From: Vulcanimicrobiota bacterium
Lineage (GTDB): Bacteria > Vulcanimicrobiota > JAJTBE01
Length of the DNA stretch: 64,000 nt
Assembly: GCA_021107945.1 (NCBI GenBank)
Contig: JAIORV010000160.1
Coordinates: 31,996-95,995, forward strand
Direction: 5' to 3'
Shown here: positions 45,212 through 55,361 of the stretch, piece by piece
Position numbering within the stretch: the first letter of the stretch is position 1
How the letters are laid out: each line of letters opens with the position of its first letter
The notes under the pieces: model-generated
Seen by the model: only the letters and a program-made list of their open reading frames with translations
What the model was told of the DNA's origin: nothing
Databases searched by the model: none
Position numbers and translations under genes: made by a program

Positions 45212-47932
45212 TTATTCTCTTGCCCCGTGCATGCGGAGGAGTTTTACCATGTCTGTATGACCTATCTGCTTCGCATAGCGCAATGGAGTCCTGCCTTTAT
45301 CATCCTTCACATTAATATTGGCGCCATTGGACATGAGAAGTTCTACTACTTCACTGTTGCATCCCGCTGCCGCACATAGCAACGGCGTACTGCCATTATT
45401 ATCCTTTGCATTAACATCGACACCTTTGGATATGAGAAATTCTGCTACTCCGATGTTAATAGTTGCTACCCAATGCAACGGCGTACGGCCTTCATCATCC
45501 TTTGTATTAACATCGGCACCTTTAGATGTGAGAAGCTCTGCTAAATCCGTATGGCCACTCACACATGCCTCGAGCAATGGTGTCCATCCACTATTACTCT
45601 TTGCATTAACATCGGCACCATTGGACATGAGAAACTTTGCTACATCGGGGTAGCCTTTCTGTGCTGCCAAGTGCAACGACGTCAAGCCATATTCATTCTT
45701 TGCATTAGCATCGGCACCCATTGATATGAGAAGTTCAGCTACTTCGTTATGGCTTTCCTGTACCGCGATGTGCAATGGCGTTTCTCCTTCATAACCCACC
45801 ACATTAACATTAGCACCTTTGGATATGAGAAGTTCCACCACTTCAATGTTGCCATACTGTGTCGCTATGTGCAATAGCATCCCACAATCCTCATCCATTG
45901 AATTAATATCGACATCTTTTAGTATGAAAAGTTCCACAACATCTGGATGTTCATTAGAATATGCTAAATCCATCGGTGTAAAACCCTCATAATCCTGTGC
46001 ATTAACATCAGCACCTTTGGATGTTAGAAGTTCCGCTAATTTGATGTCGCCATTATCTGCAGCGCTATGCAATGGCGTCCAAATCGAATTATCCCCTGCA
46101 TTAACATCAGCACCCTTTGATATTAAAAATTCTACTACCTCTATATGTCCATTGATAACAGCGCTGTGTAATGGCGTACGACTCGAAATATCCTTCGCAT
46201 TAACATCAGCACCTCTTGATACGATAATTTTTACTATCTCTATTTGCCCCATGAAAGCCGCCAATTGCAATGGCATCCAGCCCATATCATTCTTAGCATT
46301 AATATCAGCACCCATGGAGATTAGGAGCCTAACTTTATTTATATCCCCATTGCATACCGCTTTATGAAGAGGGACTTCTCCATTTATGCCTTTTGAGCTG
46401 TTTTCGACGAGGAGTCTTACCATGTCTGTATGACCGTAAAAAGTCATCAAGATTAATGGCGTTTCGCCGTAATCATCAATCGCATTAACATCAGCACCCT
46501 TTGACATTAGAAGTTCCACTACCTCTGTATGTCCATTAATGACAGCGCTGTGTAATGGCGTACTACTCGAAAGATCCTCCGCATTAACATCAGCACCTTT
46601 GGACACTAAAAGTTCCACTACCTCTGTATGTCCGTCGGTAGCAGCAAAGTGTAATGGCCTCTTCGAAAGAGCCTTCGCATTAACATCAACACCTTTGGAT
46701 ATGAGAAGTTTTGCTACTTCGATGTCGCCATACTGTGCCGCGATGTGCAATGGCATCTCGCGAATATTATTCTTCGCATTAACATCAGCACCTTTGGATA
46801 TGAGAAGCTTTGCTATATCTATTTGCCCCATGAAAGCCGCGATGTGCAATGGCGTCTCGCCCTTATCATTCTTAATATTAATATCAGCTCCCATTGATAT
46901 TAGTTTTTTAGCTTCATCTATTTCCCCGCCTTTTATAGCTTTATGAAGAGGAGTCTCCCCATCTTCGTCCCGTTTATTTACATCAATTAGTTGAACTGGG
47001 CTAACGGATTTAGAATTTAACATCTCCAGGATTTTATCCGCTGATTCAGGCCTGTTGTCTCTGTTGAAATCGAGCATTGACGTAATTGTATCGTTTAAAT
47101 AATCAGGGACTGTTGAATTCAGGTCTTTTATCGGCTCGAATTTGAATGGCTCACGGGAGGGATCCTGAGGGTCTATTCCCGTTAAAAAGTAGTGCATCAT
47201 TGCCCCCAAGGAATACAGGTCGCTTCGGGGGTCTGTAAATCCCTTGTATTGCTCCGGTGAGGAGTAACCGGGAGTGCCGATTAGGGTTCCCTTCGTTTGA
47301 GGCCTAAACAACCGTGCGATTCCAAAGTCTATCAGGAATACGGTTTTATTCTGAATCATGACGTTGGAAGGTTTCATATCACGGTATATCACAGGCGGCT
47401 TCTGTGAGTGGAGATAGGAGAGAATACTGAGAATTTGCCGGAAATAATTGAGAGATTCGTCAACAGCCAATGGTCTGCCCATTCGTTCATTCATCATAAT
47501 TTCCATGTCTTTACCTTCGATAAATGTCATAACAAGGAAATGAGCAGGTTTGCCGGAATCGGGATCATTTTCAATAAAGAAATCGCTTACATTGGGAAGT
47601 CCGCCGTGATGGAGCTTTGACAGGATACGCGCTTCCTCAAGGAATCTTTTTTTAGCATATTTCTCCTCTTCATTATTTCCAACGACCAGGAAGAGTTTTT
47701 TCACTGCAACAGATATACCAAGGCGAATGTCGTGTGCTTTATAAACACATCCCATATTCCCGGATTTTACGACGGTCTTTATTTCATAACGATTATCCAG
47801 TAATACAAACTTCTGAGTTCCTTTTTTGGGGAGTTGTCTGATCTGCTCTCCACATTCAAAGCAAAAGTATGCAGGATCAGGATTCTCCGCACCGCATTCG
47901 GGACAATATATCAGCAAATTTAACCCCCCCAT
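45212..47932 (-). CDS. Ser/Thr kinase with N-terminal Zn-ribbon and about 17 ankyrin repeats (no TM)
   Basis: CPECG..FCFECG; VAVKK, YRDMKPSN, DFG, GTPGYSSPEQ; TPLH.A...G...V..L..KGADVNA repeats. Confidence 0.95.
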   Translation of the reverse strand: MGGLNLLIYCPECGAENPDPAYFCFECGEQIRQLPKKGTQKFVLLDNRYEIKTVVKSGNMGCVYKAHDIRLGISVAVKKLFLVVGNNEEEKYAKKRFLEEARILSKLHHGGLPNVSDFFIENDPDSGKPAHFLVMTFIEGKDMEIMMNERMGRPLAVDESLNYFRQILSILSYLHSQKPPVIYRDMKPSNVMIQNKTVFLIDFGIARLFRPQTKGTLIGTPGYSSPEQYKGFTDPRSDLYSLGAMMHYFLTGIDPQDPSREPFKFEPIKDLNSTVPDYLNDTITSMLDFNRDNRPESADKILEMLNSKSVSPVQLIDVNKRDEDGETPLHKAIKGGEIDEAKKLISMGADINIKNDKGETPLHIAAFMGQIDIAKLLISKGADVNAKNNIREMPLHIAAQYGDIEVAKLLISKGVDVNAKALSKRPLHFAATDGHTEVVELLVSKGADVNAEDLSSSTPLHSAVINGHTEVVELLMSKGADVNAIDDYGETPLILMTFYGHTDMVRLLVENSSKGINGEVPLHKAVCNGDINKVRLLISMGADINAKNDMGWMPLQLAAFMGQIEIVKIIVSRGADVNAKDISSRTPLHSAVINGHIEVVEFLISKGADVNAGDNSIWTPLHSAADNGDIKLAELLTSKGADVNAQDYEGFTPMDLAYSNEHPDVVELFILKDVDINSMDEDCGMLLHIATQYGNIEVVELLISKGANVNVVGYEGETPLHIAVQESHNEVAELLISMGADANAKNEYGLTSLHLAAQKGYPDVAKFLMSNGADVNAKSNSGWTPLLEACVSGHTDLAELLTSKGADVNTKDDEGRTPLHWVATINIGVAEFLISKGVDVNAKDNNGSTPLLCAAAGCNSEVVELLMSNGANINVKDDKGRTPLRYAKQIGHTDMVKLLRMHGARE

Positions 47933-48154
47933 ATTCGGAAAAATTAATGAAATATTGAAGTGTAATTCTTTATAATAGATGTTACATCCTTTATAAAATG
48001 TTTATGTGTTGGAGGCGTGAGGTGAGAAGCGGGAGACGGGATCTATCATTTGACATCTGACCTCTACCACGAAGAACACGGAGTATTTAAAGGATCTTCT
48101 TCGTGAACTCCGTGGCTTCGCGGTGAAAAATAAATGGGATCAGGGCTCCGTTTT

Positions 48155-48179
48155 ATCGGGACGGGGACGTCCCTCCTAC
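48155..48179 (-). repeat. REP copy
   Basis: Exact reverse complement of the 25-mer. Confidence 0.95.
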
Positions 48180-48250
48180 AGATCAGGACTGTGTTATTCT
48201 TTCTCTGAATTTCTTTGTGGTCTTTGTGGGCTTTGCGATGAAATATCAAT

Positions 48251-50440
48251 TTATTGGCCAATTTTATTATAATAGACCACCCAGCCTACTGCTTTTGACT
48301 TTAATTTGCCCTGTTTTTCTCTTTTTATATATTCATTCAGGTAGGAGACTGCCTTTTTGTAATTGCCCTGTTTTCCTTCGATTCTGCCGAGGTAATATAA
48401 TGGAGTGGTTATGTTGGGGTTTTGCTTTATTATGTTGCTGTAAGATTTTTCTGCCTTTTTAAGATCTCCCTTTTTATAATAATTGAAGGAGAGATTGAGT
48501 CTTGCCGCCATGTTGTCCGGGTCAAGCTCAATTGCCCGCAGAAAGCATTGTTCCGATTTCGCAGAATCCCCTACCCTGATTTCATAATTCAATCCCGCAT
48601 TGAAATATGCCCATGAAAGGAAGTTTTTATCCGATTTTTCAGGTGATTCAATAAGCTCATTCGAATATGGAACAAGCACATTGGATTGCCTGGCAAAATC
48701 AAAATAATACACGTATGGCTTCCTGTCTGAATAACTCTTTATCAACTCCGAGTTTTTCTCCGGCTCAAGGAAAATCACCCTGAGATTATCGGCTTTAAGA
48801 TCAGGATAATTCATCGTATCGACAAACCCTGAATGAAAAAGAAACACAAGCGATTTCTGATCCGGCGGAATTACATTTTTCTCCATCCTGTCCATTATGT
48901 AATATTGACTTAAAAAATTTGTCGTATTTTTATATACCTGTGGATATATAAAAAACAACATTATAATAATCGAAGCGGGAATAAATAATTTATATGAGAA
49001 TCCCTTGAATTTGATCCTGTTTTTAATAAATTCCCCGAGTAAAATCAACCCCCGTGCAAACGGTACGCTTAAAAGAATGTATCCCACATACAGGTAACGG
49101 GAGCCATGCTCGCCTCCACCAATCGTGTAATAGCCTATGAAGAAAAGAAGGTAACAGGGGAAAATCCACCATATCAATCCCGTTTTTCTCTTTTTTTCAA
49201 ATAACGCGAGAATCGATAGCTCAAGGAAGAAGGGCACGGTCCAGTAGGTCATCCTGAGAACCGAATATATCACATTCCACAATCCCCTGATTGGCGTGTG
49301 CCCCTCCATCTTGAATCCCCATTTTTCATCGGGATTATAGACACTGAACGATAGTTTCGTGAAGCTTCCGTTTTGAATGTAATTCCCGATTCCAAGGAAA
49401 AGACCGCCCAGGAGAAGCCCAAATCCGAGGGATACAATGGTCGATAATACATTTTTCCTGTCTTTTGATTTTATCAGGCTAAAAAGAAGGTACAAAAACG
49501 TGGGAATACATACAAGGGCGGCATCCACCGGACGGATATTCACAAGCATTGCGGCGGATATTGCTGTGAGGATATGCCATTTCATCGAATTTTTGGCGAC
49601 ATCCCTGAACACGGAATAGACAAGCAAAACGGCAAATAATCCCGCCGAGGTATGATTCATCATAGTCGCCCCACATAGTATAAATGCAGGCATGAGTAAG
49701 ACAGCAAACAGCGAAATAAAAGCGGTCTTCTCGTCATACAGAAACCGGGCGAGGAGGAATATCATGAGCATTGTTACCATGGCAATAATCGGATTCACTA
49801 CAAGGGGTATTTTAAGAAGCATTCCCGGAATAAGCAGCAAAGGCCAGCCCAAGGTATATTTACTGTACCATTTACCGTTGTTGATAATATGCGCCGTCTG
49901 ATAGAATTCCCGCATGGGAGGAGATTCTGCATGGAGCTTCCCTGACAGCATAAGCTTGCTCTGTAATACGTATGAAAATTCGTCAAAGGGCAGGTTCCCT
50001 GATCTCGTGGAGTATGCGATTATAACCATCGCTAAAAATGCCGTCACACATAGCGAATAAAGGACTGCCTTTCGATATTTATCCGGTAGAATCATCCAAC
50101 CGGGAATATCAATCGATTTTTTTGACAAAAAACATATGGCAAGGATAATGAGAATCCCGATTCCCAGGATAAGATAAACACCGACAACATAGAATTTAAT
50201 GAAATGGGGAATAAGGAAACGGGTCAGGAATTGCTGGAATGCATTTGTCGGCTCGGCTATTTCATCAAAAAGCCAATTCGCTCCATAATTGCTCGTGAGT
50301 ATGTCCGCAAATATCCCGGCGTTTCTGACAAGCCATCTTCCGCTGAGAACACATGATGTTGCCAGAAGAATATATATAAAAAAAATAAACGGTATGCTTG
50401 ATTTTTCTTTTTGTGGGGGTTTTGTTTTTGTATCGTTCAT
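48251..50440 (-). CDS. Polytopic GT-C type (PMT/ArnT-like) glycosyltransferase with C-terminal TPRs
   Basis: FDEFSY motif in the first loop, about 12 TM segments, C-terminal TPR units. Confidence 0.75.
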   Translation of the reverse strand: MNDTKTKPPQKEKSSIPFIFFIYILLATSCVLSGRWLVRNAGIFADILTSNYGANWLFDEIAEPTNAFQQFLTRFLIPHFIKFYVVGVYLILGIGILIILAICFLSKKSIDIPGWMILPDKYRKAVLYSLCVTAFLAMVIIAYSTRSGNLPFDEFSYVLQSKLMLSGKLHAESPPMREFYQTAHIINNGKWYSKYTLGWPLLLIPGMLLKIPLVVNPIIAMVTMLMIFLLARFLYDEKTAFISLFAVLLMPAFILCGATMMNHTSAGLFAVLLVYSVFRDVAKNSMKWHILTAISAAMLVNIRPVDAALVCIPTFLYLLFSLIKSKDRKNVLSTIVSLGFGLLLGGLFLGIGNYIQNGSFTKLSFSVYNPDEKWGFKMEGHTPIRGLWNVIYSVLRMTYWTVPFFLELSILALFEKKRKTGLIWWIFPCYLLFFIGYYTIGGGEHGSRYLYVGYILLSVPFARGLILLGEFIKNRIKFKGFSYKLFIPASIIIMLFFIYPQVYKNTTNFLSQYYIMDRMEKNVIPPDQKSLVFLFHSGFVDTMNYPDLKADNLRVIFLEPEKNSELIKSYSDRKPYVYYFDFARQSNVLVPYSNELIESPEKSDKNFLSWAYFNAGLNYEIRVGDSAKSEQCFLRAIELDPDNMAARLNLSFNYYKKGDLKKAEKSYSNIIKQNPNITTPLYYLGRIEGKQGNYKKAVSYLNEYIKREKQGKLKSKAVGWVVYYNKIGQ

Positions 50441-50619
50441 ATTACTTCCTGAAAATATACTTCCCCACTTAAATATCCATTCCCTCTATGATTAACTTCC
50501 ATCCACCCTGTGTAATCCGTGATCCTCATAAAATAGAAAAAAGGGTAATATTCAAAATTAAACGAAAGACGATGATTCAAGAGAATAATTAAAATAAGTA
50601 TCACAAAGAGGTCAAATCA

Positions 50620-52479
50620 ATGTTCAAGAAAATACGCATAACAATATTTCTAATATTAATCATTGCATTATTGCCAACAGGTATTTCCATAGCTCAGGAA
50701 TTCCAGGAGGGACCTGTGAAGGTTAAACTCACAGACAAGGACGATAAAGTTTGCGCCGAGTTTTGGATAAGGGGAAGACTCATCGGAAGACTGCCACAAT
50801 TATCAGATTTTGACAGGTTCGATGCAACCATTCTGAACTGGAAAAAGAGACTCAACAAAATATTTACCGAAAAGACAGACATAAAGAGCATAAGAGCAAG
50901 GGCTTCCGATGGAAAAGGTATTGTCTATCAGGGCAACACCCAGATTCTCATTTTCGATTCCGAGATGGCGAAAAAGGCAGGCACAACGCCCATCAAGATG
51001 GCGAAAAAATGGGCGGGGAATATCAGGTTCGCCCTGACAAAAGCTCCGTCTTTCACCATAAAAAAACGAAATGTCATCATCCCCCTCAATGAAACCGCAA
51101 CGCTTCATTTCGATGGAAATTTTACCGGAAATATAGAATTTTATGATTATGATCCCGATATTGTCACCGTTTCATCAGACAAGAAAAAGAAAATCATTCA
51201 AATTACCGGACACAACCTGGGTAAGGGAATGATAAAAGCAAGAGCCGAGGACATTGAACAGGTAATATATTTCAATGTAATGGAGAGAGCCGGTTATTCT
51301 CCTAAATGGGTCAATGTCGAGGTTTCAGGAAATCCGGCGAGCATCTCACTCATTAAAAAGGCACTGAATTCAGTCATATATTACAAGAGCGCCGCCAAAA
51401 CGGGGGCATATACAGTTATAGGCAAGCCCCTCAAAGACGGTAAATTCAAGAGCCTGAAACCGGGGCAATCATTGAAGTTGATTATTCCCGTGAAAGTTGC
51501 CGGGGAAAACTACATCAAATCCGTCAACAAAGCGCATGTTACCGTCGAAAACGTAGCTTACAAATGGCAAACTCCAAAACTGCTTCTCGTCTCGAATAAA
51601 CCCGAGGTTATCAGGAAAGACGGCGATCTCTTCAAATCAAAGATAAAGGTGGGGTCACCGGCACGGTATTTCTATCACCATGTAAATGCAAGACACGCCG
51701 CCTGGCGAAGGTTATACATCTCCATCGAGAACACAAGCTCCATTCCGGCGAAAATATTCATTTTTCCCGTGGGCGCAGGTCCGTCCTCCGACGAGTTATT
51801 CGTGGGACATATGGCGGTACTTGCCTTTTTCCATGGCAGGAGGAGACATGTGGGTTGGTTTATCACATTAAAACCCGGCACAAGATTTCTCCTCGAAAAA
51901 AGGCTTGTCAAGAACAGTCAGACGGTATCGGGAGTGGGTTACATTAATGTCGTTGAGGGAGCGGAAGTGTCGTTTAACGTATATGCCACCACGATTCCGG
52001 GCAAGTTGCCCCCGGAGAATGTTGAGCTTCACCCTGAGAAACCCGGGGTAAGAACGGCAAAAGGAGTTTTTCCTGCGGGAATAAAAATAGATCCCACCCA
52101 CAAAATCGGCGGAAAATATACATTCATATACCTCGGTAATGAGCCTTTCCAGAAGGATCTGAATAACGGCAATCCTAATTACGGCAATTATGGGGCGATA
52201 TATGATATTGATATCACAGTTGAAAACAATTTCGACAACGAGCGCAACGCATGGATATATTTTGTCCCCGGCGGAGGCATATCCAGAGGAATATTTGAAA
52301 TCGACGGTCAACTTTACGAAACCCCCCTTGCATCCCCAGCCCAGAAAGTTTTATTAAAAAAAATGACAGTAGCTCCGGGATCGAAAGAAAAAGTCAGGCT
52401 TGTCACAATGCCCCAGGGCGGAGCTTATTATCCCGTGAAGATAATAGTGGAATCGGAGTATGTGAAAAAGAAGAAATAG
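50620..52479 (+). CDS. Secreted hypothetical protein
   Basis: 619 aa; Sec signal peptide; beta-rich. Confidence 0.8.
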   Translation: MFKKIRITIFLILIIALLPTGISIAQEFQEGPVKVKLTDKDDKVCAEFWIRGRLIGRLPQLSDFDRFDATILNWKKRLNKIFTEKTDIKSIRARASDGKGIVYQGNTQILIFDSEMAKKAGTTPIKMAKKWAGNIRFALTKAPSFTIKKRNVIIPLNETATLHFDGNFTGNIEFYDYDPDIVTVSSDKKKKIIQITGHNLGKGMIKARAEDIEQVIYFNVMERAGYSPKWVNVEVSGNPASISLIKKALNSVIYYKSAAKTGAYTVIGKPLKDGKFKSLKPGQSLKLIIPVKVAGENYIKSVNKAHVTVENVAYKWQTPKLLLVSNKPEVIRKDGDLFKSKIKVGSPARYFYHHVNARHAAWRRLYISIENTSSIPAKIFIFPVGAGPSSDELFVGHMAVLAFFHGRRRHVGWFITLKPGTRFLLEKRLVKNSQTVSGVGYINVVEGAEVSFNVYATTIPGKLPPENVELHPEKPGVRTAKGVFPAGIKIDPTHKIGGKYTFIYLGNEPFQKDLNNGNPNYGNYGAIYDIDITVENNFDNERNAWIYFVPGGGISRGIFEIDGQLYETPLASPAQKVLLKKMTVAPGSKEKVRLVTMPQGGAYYPVKIIVESEYVKKKK

Positions 52480-52509
52480 TGAAGTCCGGATATCGGATGT
52501 CGGGACTTT

Positions 52510-52534
52510 ATCGGGACGAGGACGTCCCTCCTAC
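52510..52534 (-). repeat. REP copy (loop variant)
   Basis: atcgggacgaggacgtccctcctac. Confidence 0.93.
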
Positions 52535-52807
52535 ACATTCTCCGAATCTTCGCGTTCTGAGCCTGCTCTGAATTTATTTCAGGGTGATTCCGTGGTGAAT
52601 AAATTTTTGTTCTTTTTGCCGTACATTCGGGAATTTGCGATGATGAAGGATGTTTTTTTTATTTTTTCACGAATTTCAACAAAAAAGCCTGATTATTGGC
52701 ATAAAATCGAGGTTTTTCGAAAAAAAAAGAAGGAATGACCTTATAAAACATAGAAGTGAAAAAAATACTCAAAATACTATCACTAAAGGAAAGGGAGGAT
52801 TGTGGAT

Positions 52808-53107
52808 ATGGCAGTTAAAACCAAAAAGAAAGTTCTTGGAAAACGCGATCTGGTTGAAGAAATTGCAAAGAAAGCAGACATCTCAAAGAAAGATGCGAAC
52901 TTGGCTCTCAATGTGATTCTCGAGTCAATAGGAGAACAGCTTGCAAAAGGCAACACTGTGAGATTGATTCCTTTCGGCAGCTTCGAGGTAAGACACAGAA
53001 AAAGCAGAATGGGAAGAAATCCCAGAACAGGCGACGAAATCAAGATTTCTGCACGTAATGTCCCGGCTTTCAAACCAGGGAAAGCCCTGAGAGAAGCAGT
53101 AAAATAG
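52808..53107 (+). CDS. hup: HU family DNA-binding protein (second copy)
   Basis: KRDLVEEIAKK...FGSFEVRHRKSRMGRNPRTG...PAFKPGKALREAV. Confidence 0.95.
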   Translation: MAVKTKKKVLGKRDLVEEIAKKADISKKDANLALNVILESIGEQLAKGNTVRLIPFGSFEVRHRKSRMGRNPRTGDEIKISARNVPAFKPGKALREAVK

Positions 53108-53153
53108 GCTGTTATTCTCAACAGGAAGCTAACAAGCAAAATATTTACCAATG

Positions 53154-53190
53154 GCGGCGGATGTGAAATACTACCCGCCGCTTATTTTAT
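53154..53190 (+). terminator. Probable Rho-independent terminator
   Basis: gcggcgg...ccgccgc followed by ttatttt. Confidence 0.6.
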
Positions 53191-53371
53191 TATTAAAATT
53201 CCAGGACGCCAATACTTATCTCCTCGTTTTTTTCATCCCGGACCGAAGAAGAGTCGGAAAGACGAAAAAGGGGATTTTGTTATGTGTTGATAGAAGTATT
53301 AACAAGATAATTCTTCCATTTATCATGACAAGAATCATTCTGCAATAACAAGTATCCGGGGAGGGAATATT

Positions 53372-53842
53372 ATGGATCACAAAATAAACCTCACTGTAAA
53401 CGGGCATCCTGTAGAGAAATGGATTAAAAGCAGTACCACTCTTCTTGATTTTCTAAGGAATAAACTGGATTTAACCGGTATTAAGGAAGGCTGTGGTGTC
53501 GGCGAATGCGGCGCATGCACAGTGATAATGAACGGCAAGACAGTCAGATCATGCCTTGTCCTGGCGGTGGAAGCCGATGGAGCTGAGATTACAACTATTG
53601 AAGGCATTGCAAAAGACGGCGAATTGAGCAATATTCAGAAAGCTTTTGTCGAAAAGGGTGCGGTGCAATGCGGATTCTGCATCCCCGGGTTTGTCACGGC
53701 GGGTGAAAACCTGCTCCAACGAAAAGAAAACCCCACCAGGGAAGAAATAATAGAAGCATTCAGCGGTCATCTATGCCGCTGCACTGGATATGTGCAGATA
53801 ATGGAGGCAATGGAATCGGTGACGGAAGACAATAAGGGGTAA
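53372..53842 (+). CDS. (2Fe-2S)-binding protein, xanthine dehydrogenase/CoxS small-subunit family
   Basis: GCGVGECGACTV, QCGFCIPG, LCRCTGY. Confidence 0.93.
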   Translation: MDHKINLTVNGHPVEKWIKSSTTLLDFLRNKLDLTGIKEGCGVGECGACTVIMNGKTVRSCLVLAVEADGAEITTIEGIAKDGELSNIQKAFVEKGAVQCGFCIPGFVTAGENLLQRKENPTREEIIEAFSGHLCRCTGYVQIMEAMESVTEDNKG

Positions 53843-53913
53843 ATTATTCACCGCAAAGGACGCTGTGAAATCAAGGTTTAGAAATCCTCCGTAAAAAGGG
53901 GCTGAATAGTTAC
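53842..53913. mobile_element. Internally deleted family D element
   Basis: aattattcaccgca...gtttagaaatcctccgtaaaaaggggctgaatagttac; matches both ends of 1567-1727. Confidence 0.65.
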
Positions 53914-54034
53914 TGGAATTTTAATAAAACCGCAAACCTGCAAAGAACCCCGGCTTTCACCAGGGCAGGCGCAAAAAAAATATTTTGACCTTTGTGGTCT
54001 CTGTGGTCTTTGCGGTTATAAATATTTTCAATAA

Positions 54035-54442
54035 CTATACAAAGCTTAAACGCATCGAAATCTGCACAATGGGAAGGAATATCCCGATCATCATAATCCC
54101 GCTGAACATTACAAAAGTAAATTGAGCGATGATTGAAAGAATAAAGCTGATAATCGATCCTCCCTTTGCCCTCGCAACAAAAAGAACACAGGCAATAATT
54201 CCCGTGATAATTGCGATGTAGCCTTTAAGTATCAGAACGGAGGGCGTGGGAAGTTGAATGCCCAGTCTGGAGAAAGTCTTTAACAAATGAGAAAGGCCGG
54301 GCATGGCGATCAATAGCGCCAGCGTAAGAAGACAGAATTGAACAGCGGTGGCAAGTGTGAACTTCCGTGTCCATTCAACGGGTATTCCGATTTTTTCATT
54401 ATTATCTTTCTTGTCTTTTGTATCAATTTTTTCTTCGTTCAT
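54035..54442 (-). CDS. Small 3-TM membrane protein
   Basis: ATG 54442 overlaps the upstream stop; MP...F..LG.QLP.P motif. Confidence 0.75.
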   Translation of the reverse strand: MNEEKIDTKDKKDNNEKIGIPVEWTRKFTLATAVQFCLLTLALLIAMPGLSHLLKTFSRLGIQLPTPSVLILKGYIAIITGIIACVLFVARAKGGSIISFILSIIAQFTFVMFSGIMMIGIFLPIVQISMRLSFV

Positions 54443-54819
54443 GATGCCCCCAACCTGAGTAAATTTGGAAGTTGAATCGCGATCCATGTCAACATCAGCG
54501 AGAACCAGGTTACAAATTGCAAAGTAATAAAGCTAACGACACCCCAAACGATATATGCGTTAAATTTTTTCCTGAATATATAAATAAGGCAAATGCAGGG
54601 GATAAGCGAAAGAATAAAAACAAAGATAGGAATCAACCTGACATGTAATAACATTGCATTATTTCCCGTAATCTTGGCGATTTCTGTGAATGTAGGCGAT
54701 ATATATGTTTTCAGGAATTTTGAGTGTGAAAGAATGGAAATTATGATGAACGCATTTCCGGCAATCAACAAACCTGCAATTATTCCGGGTTTTATTCCCT
54801 TTAACTTACCCACCTTCAA
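54439..54819 (-). CDS. Small 3-TM membrane protein
   Basis: 126 aa; three hydrophobic segments; overlaps both neighbours. Confidence 0.7.
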   Translation of the reverse strand: MKVGKLKGIKPGIIAGLLIAGNAFIIISILSHSKFLKTYISPTFTEIAKITGNNAMLLHVRLIPIFVFILSLIPCICLIYIFRKKFNAYIVWGVVSFITLQFVTWFSLMLTWIAIQLPNLLRLGAS

Positions 54820-55204
54820 GCCCCCCTTTCAAGACGCAGATCCATAGGAAAATCGCCAGCGCCATCGGAACGAGCCCGAGCCCGATGCACCAGAGCCACA
54901 TTACAAAATCCCTGGCGCTCTTACCGTCCTTTTTGCGGAAATTTATGTACAATCCAAGACTGACAAATGCAAGCGCAAAGAATGTTGAGACAATCCAGGT
55001 GGATGTAACCTTGAAACATGTGATCAATCCTGTCGGAATTCCCTTTGCCTGAGCTTTTTGAATTATCTCATTGGAATAAAGAATGGCATTGGGAAGAAAA
55101 CAGCTTGATATGGCTGTCAAAATTGTGATAATAACAAGTACAAATATGATATCAGTCCATATATTTTTCCATTCCGGGAGTTTTTCAGGTTCCAATATAA
55201 TCAT
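54806..55204 (-). CDS. Small 3-TM membrane protein
   Basis: GGAG before ATG 55204; three hydrophobic segments. Confidence 0.7.
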   Translation of the reverse strand: MIILEPEKLPEWKNIWTDIIFVLVIITILTAISSCFLPNAILYSNEIIQKAQAKGIPTGLITCFKVTSTWIVSTFFALAFVSLGLYINFRKKDGKSARDFVMWLWCIGLGLVPMALAIFLWICVLKGGLEGG

Positions 55205-55322
55205 CTCCGGTCGGTCATATCCTTTATAGTCTGATATGTGTAATCCATTCTCCGGACCCCTCTGTGGTCTCTGTGTCCTCTGTGGTGAAAAACACATACA
55301 TCTTATCTTGTGCTATCCGTTT

Positions 55323-55347
55323 ATCGGGACGGGGACGTCCCTCCTAC
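55323..55347 (-). repeat. REP copy
   Basis: Exact reverse complement of the 25-mer. Confidence 0.95.
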
Positions 55348-55361
55348 AATTCTGACCTCTG

